Source: Camelus ferus
Lineage: Eukaryota
Length of the DNA stretch: 64,000 bases
Direction: 5' to 3'
NCBI RefSeq assembly: GCF_009834535.1
Contig: NC_045697.1
Coordinates: forward strand, 10,728,001 to 10,792,000
Shown here piece after piece: positions 23,859-35,727 of the stretch. A model generated the notes under the pieces. The model was not told where the DNA came from, searched no databases, and worked only from the letters and a program-made list of their open reading frames with translations. Numbering within the stretch: position 1 is the first letter of the stretch; each line of letters opens with the position of its first letter. A program made the position numbers and the translations under genes.

Positions 23859-24771
23859 CTGAAACATACGAGAAGTAATAAAAATGTGAGTCTTACTACC
23901 TTGTATGTTCTTGAATAAATAATCTTTACTGGACACACACTGGCACACTGAAGTAATGGGAATGAGGGTGACCTTTTAAAAATTTCAAGTAAACAAGGAA
24001 AGTTATGCTAACTGACTACTCAGCAGCATCAAGCTTTCTGCCCAAGTACAGAGTATAAAGACGTGAAACCAGAGTTACCACTAGAAGTGGGGAGCACACA
24101 GGGCAGGTGGCGGATAGAGCGCTTTGAAGCAATGGATTTTCTCAATTAAGACACAAGCCTGTCACCTTGTCAGGAAGCCTTATAGCCCGCTGATCAGCTC
24201 TTCTCACACAATGTTAGCATTCTGTGCACACTGCTCTGTATTTCATACTTTTTATTTAACAGCATAATAGATTTTTCCACATCTGTTCAAAGGAGCTCGT
24301 GTTTCCATGGCAGTGCAGTGCTCCACCGTGCGGATCAGAATTTATTTAACACATCATTGACAGATTTCCAGCCTTTGCAACTGCAAACCATGATGCACCG
24401 TGCGTGTCATGTCTCGTAAGTGAAAGTGCCATCTATTCTAAACTTGGGATTTCAAGGCTACGCTCACTTGACCTTCTGGTAACAGCAGCTGTATTGCCCT
24501 CTGCAGGGGTTGAACCAACTTACACTTGCACTAGAAACGTGCGAGCCCATGGGCTCCGTGTTCGATTGGCTCTGGGATCTTTGCCAATCCCACTGGTGAA
24601 AAATCGGACCTAGCAGTTTCAGAGTTAGTTTCTCTCATCAGGAAACTGACATCTTCATACATTTAAGTTACTTACACTTTATGTGAATTCTCTCCTCATA
24701 TCGTTTCCTTACTGGTTTGTAGAACAGTTTTTATATTCCAGAAGTTAGCCCTCCGTGACATGAGTTGAAAG

Positions 24772-25020
24772 TACTTGGGAATAACACAAGTTTGAACTAC
24801 CTGGGTCAGCTTATAGATGGATTTTCTTCAATAAACATGTGCTACAGTACTACATGGTCTGCGGTTGGTTAAATCCATGGAAGTGAAAACACAGATGCGA
24901 CGGAATCTTGGATACGGAGGGACCGTGTATTTAGAGGGCTGGTTATAAAGTCACACACAGATTTTCAACTAGGTGTAGGGTCAGGACCCCTCACCCCTGG
25001 CTCCTTAAGGTTCAACTACA
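24772..25020. mobile_element. Second Tigger2/MER8-like element
   Basis: TTTGAACT..GGGTC..CTTATA..GATTTT..CAATAAA and TACTACATGGTC..GGTTG..AATCC shared with the 20781 copy. Confidence 0.7.
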
Positions 25021-26567
25021 GCTTTTCCTACTTAATATGAGTTGAATCATTCCTTACTTCTGAGGTCAGAGTATTAAGGGCTAACCTAAACTGTCAATGG
25101 AAATGTCTTCCTAAGACTCAGCAAAAAGCAAGTAAGAAAAGAAGAAAGTTAAGGTTACTTTCACTGGATATAAAACTCCTGGGACAGGAACGGGAGAGGT
25201 GCTTTCTCTGTCTCCTGCAGGCTCATTCCTCAAAGCAGAAGATGCTCAGTCTCCAGCTCTGGCCACATGCGTGAACAGTACGGTCAACACACAGCCCGGA
25301 TATCTTCACTAGGGGCCACAGAGCCTCTTCACTGCCACCTGTCGTTACGACATTTTGGCAAACACCCCAGGGGCAAGCTGGCTCTTGGGGGCCGAAGGCC
25401 TCCTGAGCTCTGACTTACTTGGTATCATTCCTTGGCTCCCTATTCTCTGGCGCTCCTTCCGAGCCCTTGTCCACATTCAGATCAGGGGCGCCTTTCTTCC
25501 AAAGATCCTAGTAGGGTTCAACAAGGAATCTGTATTTCTTCCGAACCACCACCCAGAACACTGTTTTATAGGATGACGGGGAGGTGTACAATGCCAATCC
25601 TGTGAGCAGTGATACAGACCTACCCTTGTTTTCTACAGTGCACACTGCACGTGGCTTTCAGTCAGGTATGAATCTGATCTGTTCACAGAGAGAACACGGA
25701 ATACTGCTAAAGTCCTGAAAAGAGGCAGGTTCGGTGAAGACTGTGTCCAGGAAGGGCTAGAAGCAGATGAGACACTGGACTGAACCAACGAGCCTAAATG
25801 GGGACGGGTCCGAATGGTCCCGGTCAGACCATGTGTCCTCAGACAAGCGCCATAAACCGAGGGAAGTTATTCTTAGCGGTTAAAGTTGAAATTCTGGGTA
25901 AAACCGCATCGAGAGTAAAGTTGACCAGTCTCTCTATCACCATTTCTGTGTCCCTTTCTGTCTGCAGTGCTGTCCCTCTCCCTCCCAGGCAGACTCTGGC
26001 CCTTTCCTCCTTATGAAAACCACAGTGAGCCTTATCTCCCATCTCCAAACACACAACTCTGCCGAGGGCTATTCAGCTATCAAGGTAATTTCAGCCCCGA
26101 CTCTAAGATTAAAAACAGAAGAGGTATTACATTTGTCAAAAGTTGGAGCTACATGTATTTTCAATTCAAACAATGAGAAGAGGAGACATCTGAACACTCT
26201 TGGGCTCCTGGCCTGTGTGCCTGTCTCCCTGGGATGGCCAGGGGACAAACTGAAGCATTAGCAAGGAGGACACACCCACCTCCCCCTCAGAATTACAGAC
26301 ACAGCTGAGCACACGCTGAAAATCCCAAATCGCCCACACAGTGTGGGCCTTTGTAATTAGGAACTATAGGTCATGTTTTATGAATTTAAAAAAAAAAATG
26401 ACAGGAACAAAAAGTAGGGTGGTATTAATGAATTTGCATTAATTACCGAAAGATTTAGAAAGCTAATTAAACTAGAAATCTATACTTAGAGCTTTCGGTA
26501 CTAGATTGGCATCTACTTAGTTAAGTGATCTCAGGCAAAGCATCTAATTTAAGAGATAGAAGGATTT

Positions 26568-26632
26568 TATATATATATATATATATGCACACACACATAT
26601 ATATACATGTGTGTATATATATGTATATATAT
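26568..26632. repeat. Compound (TA)n/(CA)n microsatellite
   Basis: Read directly from the sequence. Confidence 0.9.
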
Positions 26633-26929
26633 CCAATTGTGCTTCTTTATAAACATGTGCAACAAAGGAACAATGTGCTAGTGTATCTCTGAAGGAGTAT
26701 TATATTTAATACAAGTCACTGTTAGAATTTAGAGCTACAAAACATTAGAAAGAGATATCCCCAAATAACATAATACTACACATTTTGAACCAAGATGATA
26801 ATTAATTAAATTTAAAAATTTAGCATAAATAACTTGAATTTAGCTTTATTTTGCCTGGGATTAAATCAGGTTGTAAAAATGACAGAAGAGTTGTAGAAGC
26901 ACCTTATGGTACAATCCACAGTTACTCTG

Positions 26930-27150
26930 GCAGGTATTATTCTAGGCACTTTGTATATATACCTGTTTTATTTTTCACTATAATCCTATGAGGAAGGTAC
27001 CACACCATCTCAATTTCACAGATGATGCAAAGAGTAGTCAAGAATGTGCCTGCAGCTGCAGAGTTAAGAATCAGGAAGTGAGTGGAGCAGGGATCTGACC
27101 TTTGGCATCTGGCTCCAGAAGGCATGTTCTCACTCCTATCTACCATTCTA
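26930..27150 (-). mobile_element. MIR SINE fragment
   Basis: CTAGGCACTTT..ATCCTATGAGGAAGGTAC..ATTTCACAGATGA. Confidence 0.6.
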
Positions 27151-30100
27151 GACTTTTCTTTAAAAGAACTTTTAAACTTACAGGAATCAGCAACTCAGCA
27201 CATTTTATGTTTTCAGCAAAATGTAATACTGTATAATTTATCACTGTACTGTCACTTCACTTGGAAAAATTATTGTGCTAAAAAACAAATTAGCTATAAT
27301 TTTTGTGCTTTATTTCTAAAAAGAGAATAAACAAGACTATTTCTATTAGAGTCCCTGCCTTCTGTGCACTCTCTGGTGAAAATTTTCCATTGCTTATATC
27401 ATAGCTGGTTGCTACAAAGATGGCTCTGATTTTCAAAATTAAGGAGATTTATTCAAATAAAAAATAAAAGCAGCAGAACTCTTAAGAAACAAGGGTCTTG
27501 CTTTCATATAAATGTCCCTGCTAATGAAAAAGGAAAGCTGCAATAATAAAAAACTGTTTCTAAGGCAGGATCACATGTATCACAGCCTCTCTGAGTAAGA
27601 AAAAGAACCAACCTCAAAATGAGTTGACCTGGTTAAAACAACTTGAACCAGTCCCAGTATTGGCTTCCTTCCTCTGCTGGGGTATTTCTGCATGACTATA
27701 CGATAAGCTGCTTATGGAGCTGGAAATGCTTATCTACAGCCCTGCCAATCAACTCCGAATCGGCTTTTGAACAATACTTCCAGGCCAAACTTCTTCCTTA
27801 TAAATGCCTCTTAAACAGTAGTTACTGGCAATTCATTGTGCAAATGCTGAAAATCCCACACTAACACATAAACAAGTGGAGGAAGCCGTTGGACCAAGCG
27901 AAAAACCCATGAATCTAGTTTACAGGTTGGCTGCCAGTTATCATGAGACAAGTCATATTAAACACTATTCAGGAGAACTTAAAAATTCTTAAATTTTCAA
28001 GTTAAGCCACTCTTACAGAATTTAAATTTTCTGCATATCTAAATTTTATCTTTCAGGTCATTCAAATGCTTCCATTGGATTTGCACAATTATCAAATAAA
28101 GTGACCCAGTTGCTTCAAAGGACGCTTTATGGGAATAAGAAAGATGTAGCATAAAAAGACGACCAAGGCTTTTCCTTGCCTGTTTAGCAGGAGATAATAT
28201 GCCAACTAAGACTAAAGTAAAAGCTGGTAGTAAACAGAAAGATCAGGAAGGAAGAAGAGGCAACACAAATGACCAAGCAAATGAGGTAATCCCTGCCGAG
28301 CTAACTTTCCGATCGGCGCTGAAATATGCCACTGGTGCCAGCATGAAGTGTTTCATTACAAAAGACACAGACTGGCTCTTTCTTGCTCTCTTTCTCTTTT
28401 AATATTTTTAGCTATTTGTGGTATAATTGAAAGAATGAAGAAATACAAGCACTACTGGAAAAAAATGTAAAATAATAAAAATGGTCCCCATTTTTGGAAG
28501 AAAAGTCATTTTATTATTTTAAAGTAGAATAAAGTATTGAGATGAAGATGTTTTCCTTAATTAGAAAACTGAAATTTTTAAGTCTTAAGTTTCTGTGACA
28601 TACAGTAGAAAATAGTTACAAATGCTTAAATGGAATGATTAAAGTATTCTTTCGGCTTTACAATAATTTCAAACTATCAGAAGAAGTACTGGTTTTATAA
28701 AGCTGTATTTGGTGCTTGGAATGATGCAAAATAAAAACTGCTTATATTGAAGGTGAGTGATGGGGCATTGGAAATGACCTATTTGCTGTCAAATCTAGAC
28801 TGATGCATAGAATTAAAGATCATTTTATCAAGTGATTTTTCTGTTAGGTGAGATCATGCTCAAATCCTGACCAAATGTGGACAAAGTAATGTTATGACCA
28901 AGTAAGAATGGGGAACCACATTGCTTCAGTATGTGTCCATCCCCAAATGGCTGTATCTGCTGATTTTTTTTCATCATGATTAATATACGTTTGTACTGAT
29001 GTCAATTTGGCCAAGAGTATAGAAGGAAAAGTCAGGGTTTACTCACCACGAGGAGTCCCTGTGACACCACATTCCATCCTATAAAGGAAGTGAAAGTGCT
29101 CCTCCCTCCGTCTGATTCACGAGAGAGAAAGAGAGAGAGAAGGTTGTCATGTTGCCACGCTGCTTAGAGCGTCCCGGTGAGGAGACGGGGGACGACACAA
29201 CCTGAGGTTATGAAGACTCTCTAATCAATGTACTGCTCCCTACAACTCAGCCACACAGATCAGCCCTGGTAAGAGGAAATAACAGCCATGCTCGTTTCCC
29301 CAGAGAAAGCTATCAAGAGCTCTCCCTACACGTGCGACAGGGGGTGGCACTGGTCACTCAGGCCAAAATTAAGGCTTATGTCTAAAAAGGGAAAAATCTA
29401 CTGTATATGTATATGTGTGTGTTTATGTATGTGAAGTTAATTTTAGGTAGAACTACCTTGAAGGAGGTAAGGCATACGGAGGAAAACCCAATGGGTTAAG
29501 AAACTCAAGCATTTGAAATTCATCATTCTTCAGGGAGATAAGAGCTTTCTAAGGGTAAATTCTCAAAAGAAAGACATCATTGCCTCTTAAAAACAAAAAA
29601 GTACTTTAAGCCTCAAGTAAGAGTTATGCCTAAAACCATGGCATGAGATCCATAAAATTTCCTTGCACATATTTTATTTACTCTAATAGCAAAAGAAAAA
29701 TATGCCAGCATTTCTTACTTAAACCTACTCTACACTATTACTGTCTAAAATATTTTAGCAAAGTTTTCAAAACTATCTGTTCTTGGCACTAGATAGTATC
29801 ATTTTTCTCTACAATCTCCCTCAATTTTTAACTCAAATATGAAAAATCTGAAACACAAAACGAAGTCGCAGGTTTGAGGAGGAAAAAGGATTCACAGAAA
29901 TGCCAGGTAAATTAAAACCACACGTACAGTTGGTTATTACTTATTTATTCTATAATTTTGGAAAAAAAGATGTTGGATACCTCTTTAGCATAATAGAGAG
30001 CATTCTATTTTTCTAAAAAACAAAATACTTTCATTCTCCCAAGAAACAGAGACCTCATATAATGAATCAAATTTCAATTCTGATTTCCATGTCCTCCTCA

Positions 30101-33100
30101 TTAAAAAAATTATCCTAATTCAGTAAGTTTCTCAAATGTTTTTCCAAATTATACTACCCTATTGGGGAAAGAGGGAAGAAGTACTTTAATGAAACAGCTT
30201 TTAAAGAATCTGGATGTATTTCTTTATTTATTTTGGTCTAAGCAAAATATTTGGCGGCAAGGATTTTTCAAGATTGTTAATTCATTAGCAATAGCTTTCA
30301 CTTAAATGTTCTTGATATTACTAAGGACAGGTATAAACTTTTTATGGAAACAGTGCATCCTTTGCAGACAACACATATACAACTACAGAGGCAAGAAAAT
30401 CACCCTGCCAACATTTCAAAATGAAGAATATTTTAACAGAGTCAAAAGTTGGCAAAATGCTCACCAGTGGAGCCAATCACAATGAAGGCTGGGTTTCCTT
30501 GAGAGGTGGCAGAACCGCTCTGGTCCTCAGCCTTAATGAAAGGCAGCGAGGCTACTTGGCTGTCAGCACTTTAAACCCCAAAGCCAAAACCAAACACCAT
30601 GGCAAGTCTGCGAAAGATTTGGAAATAGGTTTAAAGAATCAATTCTAAAGCAGAAAATCTGGGAGACTGTCAGCTTTCAGAAGCCTCTTGCAAATGCTGT
30701 ACCAGATCTAACTGTGCAAGTAGCGGAGGTGGGAACGCTAATCTCATTTCTGGAAGGAGGGCGCTAACAGCGCTCTGCTGCCGGCACGACGCTGACACCA
30801 CCGCACTGGAGACCGCAAACAGCTCCTGTTTCCAAGTCAGCATCTCGGTTACTTGGACAAATATCTCTTTTTTCCCCCTTTTGGGGAATACTTTCAAAGA
30901 ACTAAGGAACTAGGAAGATAGTAACTTTAAAAAAAAACAAAAACAGCAAGAAGACTAAAATCCAGGAGTGTGAGAAAAAGAAAACAGATAAAAGAATACA
31001 ACCAACTTCTTTGCTGGTCTCTTTAATTCCGTCTTATCCCTTTGAAAAAGTAAAGTCAGACTGGAGGAAAGAGCACTTCTTGCTTTTGCTGAAAAAGATG
31101 GAACGTGGTACAGCCACAGGCAAGACAAATCAAACAAGCTTTCATGGAAGCAGACAATGTTGGAAGAAAAGCTATAAGAAGGCAAAATTTGGCTGATTAA
31201 TAATTTTGTTTATATTCCTAAAAATATTTGAAAGGTCTTAAACTTAATATGAACAACAGCTTTGCTAATATAATTGCTAATATAATTTTTCACATTGCAT
31301 TTCAAGTTTCAAATATTTCAAGTTTAGTGCTTTAAAAAAATAATGCTCAAAAATACATTGTTTTATAAATTGCTCAAAGAAAATACAAACTGCAGCTCAC
31401 ATTGCTGTAAGTAGAAAGCACTTCTGATAAATTATACTTTAGGCATTAGACAGGAAGGCAGTATCTTAATAGTCTATATCTGTACTCACATCGAGCATTT
31501 AAAAGTGCTGAAATTCTGTTATAATAAAAATTTTAACTGCATGTTACGTTTTACATTATCATGTATTTATTAGTGATGGCATAAAATGTAATTTTTCAGT
31601 TGATCCAAACTGCAGAAACAGCAAGAACTGTTTCCACAGGTATCAGTGTTAACAGGCTGCCCTCTGGTGTCAGTTAAGCCCTAAAACCTTGAAAATAGAA
31701 TGTATTTGAATTCTGTTTTAAAATGTTACTCAGATTAATTTAGATTGAAAAATATTTTAAAGTGATCCACAAAAGTTATCATCTTTACTTTATATGCTTT
31801 AAAAAATCTTAAAATACCTAGAAATGGCTGGCTCAGGGACCACCAACCACGCACTCCAGCGAATGCGAGTAGCGGGCACCGGCTTCCCAGCGCTGCATCA
31901 CCTCTGTGTTCTCAGAACAAAGACTGCTCTAATGTTACTTTGGTGTCTTGCTCCCCCAAGTGACAAGAGACACAGCTTAGATGCCTGTGCAACAAGATTG
32001 CTCTTCAGATAAGGACCTAAAATAAGAGGTCCTTGGGAACATTTCAAATCCCTCAGCCAGCGAACGTCCACTAACACACCCAAGGAGCCCCCCCGGAAGG
32101 GTGTTTCTAGGGTACACATCCTCCTAATGTTCTAGCTCATCATGCCAACAGTCATTAGAACATGCTCTGTCTTTAAAGGCTACTTGTGCCAAGACAGGCT
32201 AGAACGTGATCTGCCTCACACTGTTGACCAAACAACAGCTAAAAAGTAATCTCACTCATAGTGCAGACGTGAGCATCTCCACACAGCACGAGCTGTCTTA
32301 TGTCAGGTACTTGCACCTGGCTTTACCCAATTTTCCGGGTGTCCATCCTTGTCACGCAATTGCACGTGAAGATTTATGTTTAGTAATGTCTTACTAGACT
32401 TCTTTCCTGCTCTTCTTAAAATAGCCACGATTTTATTGGGCTCCCAATGATGATAAAGGAACAGTGACAGAATACGAGGTTAGGCTTTGTTAACATTGAA
32501 GTGCCATGCTCCAAATGTCTTTAAAAAAGGTGTGCTGCTATGAACAAAGCCTTCTTAAAAATTCTCCCAAAGGCATAAAGTGTGTACCTGAATTTCTTAA
32601 AGTTGATGGTGAATTCCTAAAAAAGATTCTCCCATTTGATTAACATGTAATTAATAAAATACGTAACATAATTCTCTCATTCTGGAAGGACAATAAGATT
32701 ACAGAACATAAAGTATCACATAAAACAATGATGTGATCTTATTCTTATCATTGTTTTACTCCATGCAATCTTGCAAAGAAGTTTTCCTCTTACCACAATA
32801 TGATCATCATGATCAATAAATAAATTCTTCCAATTTATACTAGAAGGATATCTTTCTTATTAAAACTAAGGCTCATTTTAAAAATGAATGCATGTGTTAA
32901 TCAGAGCTTACTAAATATTAAGTATATGTTCATTTACTACATTAAAAGAGAATCTTCCATGACTTTAGTCTTTAAAAAATTTCAACATATAGTTCTGTAT
33001 ATTGACTAATAATTTTTAAGTTATCCTTTATCATGTTATTAATTATATATTTTATATACCATGGCTGAATCACCTACTTTATAGTTAAATAAAGTTTCAC

Positions 33101-33759
33101 GTATTATTGTCCATTTCAGTATTTTAAAACTTTTTCAGAATGAAATGTATTTAGAACCGTGATGCATGCTAGACACCTCCCTTGGGCAGCTGGAGCGAGA
33201 GCTCTGCAGCAACGTTACAGGGAGTGACCACCCCGAGCGGACGTACGTTGACATAACAACACAGAGGAAAAACTGTCAACTCCAAATTTCTAACCTCAAG
33301 ATCAACAAAGCATGAAGAGTCACGTTAGTTTTACATTTTCATCTTCCTGTGTCTACTTTTGGTAGAGAAGGAAGGAAATAGTATTTGTTCCTGTCTACTG
33401 CACCAGGCACTACACTGAGTATTCTTTTTACACCTCAGTCTTTGTGGTAAAAGATACTGGTTCTCAACATCCCCTTTCTACTGACGGAGACACAGGCTTG
33501 GAGAAGTTAGGCAGTTGCCCACAGCTCACCAGCTAATCAGCGCTTGACCAGGCTGGTGATCCTTCCCAGCAGGACGATGGTCTTCCAGAGTTTGCCCCTC
33601 TCACAAATCAGAGGGCGTCTCACCTGTAAGCAGTAACTAAGGCTCGCTAGGCCACGCGCGCAGTGACTGTCAAGTGAGATGGAGGAGAAACCCTGCAGCT
33701 AAGAGCTCCCTGGGAGATTCTGATGCCACTCGCCCTCGTCTCTCAGACCAGAACAAAAG

Positions 33760-33940
33760 CCTTCACTTTACAGATAATGCCCAGGAGGCCGAGAGATGCC
33801 AAGAAAATAAAGGCACTGGGTGAGGTGGCAGAGTGGTAATGAGGTCCTTGACCCAGTGCTGGGTCCTTCCTACTCTTCCACACAGGCTCCTGCATTGCTA
33901 ACATTAGGTCACTGGCCGGAGCAAAGTTCTGGTTCAAAAC
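33760..33940. mobile_element. MER5-like hAT fragment (approximate)
   Basis: TAAAGTGAAGGCTTTTGTTC / CAGGCTCCTGCATTGCTAACA-type similarity; weak. Confidence 0.35.
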
Positions 33941-34154
33941 CATTTGGAAAGAAAAATGTGCATATAAAAAGCAGAAATATATAATATTCACTAAAAAGAC
34001 AAAAGCATTAGTTTATACAGTAAGGGCCAAAGTGTGAATGCAACTTTATGAATTATCCCCATTCTAAAAAAATCTATCCAAGTGATTATTTATTTTAACT
34101 ACAAGCAGTAAAAATAATCTAGACATTTGAAATAGTTCATGATCTGAAACTTAC

Positions 34155-34273
34155 CTTAAGCCAGAGCAAGGCAGCGTGAAGAGCCTGAACAGTGCCAGGA
34201 AAACTCTTAAAGGAAGCAGAGTGAACACGTACAGAAATGCATCCAGGCACAGGAAGATCCCAAACACCATGAG
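34155..34273 (-). CDS. TAPT1: TAPT1 exon 3 (LMVFGIFLCLDAFLYVFTLLPLRVFLALFRLFTLPCSGLR)
   Basis: Acceptor aatccag|CTC, donor AAG|gtaagt; 119 nt; hydrophobic transmembrane segment. Confidence 0.96.
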
Positions 34274-34800
34274 CTGGATTTTAAAAGGAGAGAAGAATAC
34301 AAAAAAACAAAGATAAAATAAATATCCTTTAAAATACTGTAGATGAAAATTTCAAACAATCAAGGAATTTCTAAACTTTGTAGGAAATTCATTTCTCATA
34401 ACTATGAGAATAACAAGTTAATAGTTCTCCTCGTGTATATGTGACATATTTTAATGAAGAAATCCTTTTTCAAAATGCAACTTTGTAGTTCTTCTTCCAG
34501 AGTTTACCACCTACACAGGTCCATTACTCAACTGAGCACAGCTGCGAAACGTCAGACGCGGCTTTGTGAGTACTTCCTCAAGCTTGCGCTCTCTGACAGA
34601 GAACCTTCCAGATGAAACTTTGAAACTAACTTTATGCTTCATAATTTTGTTGTTTCCTGTTTATCAGAGTACTTCATGGATGAGAAAGATTGTAAATATA
34701 CTGACTTAAAGTACCGTTTATGTTAAAAATATGTAAAGTGATCATGCATTTGGACACAATTTCATATATACTCAAACTTGCTGTACTCGGAAGGCATTAT

Positions 34801-34931
34801 TCTTTTTCCTTAAAACTGAAGTATAGTTGATTTACAATATTGTGGTAGTTTCAGGTATACCGTGAAGTCATTCAGTTGTATGTATATGTATTTTCATTAT
34901 TGGTCATTACAAGATACTGAATATAGTTCCA
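34801..34931 (-). mobile_element. Short L1 3'-tail insertion with 11-bp TSD GAAGGCATTAT
   Basis: TSD at 34790-34800 and 34932-34942; L1 3' UTR-like body. Confidence 0.85.
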
Positions 34932-35261
34932 GAAGGCATTATGCTTAACTGGAGGAGTAGCCACTGATGTCTGCATCTCTCCCTCTTTTGTGTGTACTCG
35001 CACATCCTCCCTATTTTTCTGTGACTATCCATTTTTACCTGTTAGATTTAGGTCTAGATCTCACAGGAGGAAGACAGAGTCTTTTGATGGTTTAGAGAAG
35101 AAGCCACACCCAGACTACCAAACTCTGTTTCAAGGATGGTGACTTTCTCTAGTCTGACACACAAACATGGTATGGTATGTGTGCCCTCACACATAACACT
35201 CCACGGAATCTCAGTTAATACACTGCCCTACAGAAGTACACTAAGTAGTTAAAATCCACAC

Positions 35262-35628
35262 TGTTACTCGCAGAATTGCATCTCCACAAATTCATATGCT
35301 GAAGGCCTAACCCACAGCACCTCCAAACGTGAGTGTATTTGAAGACAAGAGGTAATTAAGTTAAAATGAGGTGATGAGGGTGGGCACTAATCCAGCATGA
35401 CTGGTATGCTTCTAAGAAGAGGGCACAAACGTGCGCAGAGGGAAGACACACACAAAGACATGAGAAAAGACGGCCGTCTGCAAGCCAAGGAGAGGCCTCC
35501 GAAGAAACCAATCCTGCTGACACTTTGACCTTGGACTTCCAGACATTAGAACTGTGAGAACACAAACTTCTGTCCTTTAAGACACAGTCTGAGGTATTTT
35601 GTTACAACAGCCGTAGCCAACTAACAAC
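35262..35628 (+). mobile_element. MLT1A/B-type (ERVL-MaLR) solo LTR
   Basis: TG start; AAATTCATATGCTGAAG..CCTAACCC, GCAAGCCAAGGAGAGGCCTC..GAAACCAA, TTGACCTTGGACTTCCAG..AGAACTGTGAGA motifs. Confidence 0.88.
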
Positions 35629-35688
35629 ACGCCTTTAAAAGAAAGGGCACATTTTATTAATTTTTTGCAAGATGTCTCAAAGAAAACA

Positions 35689-35690
<2 letters not shown>

Positions 35691-35724
<34 letters not shown>

Positions 35725-35727
35725 ACA
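35691..35727. repeat. (AC)n microsatellite
   Basis: Read directly from the sequence. Confidence 0.92.
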
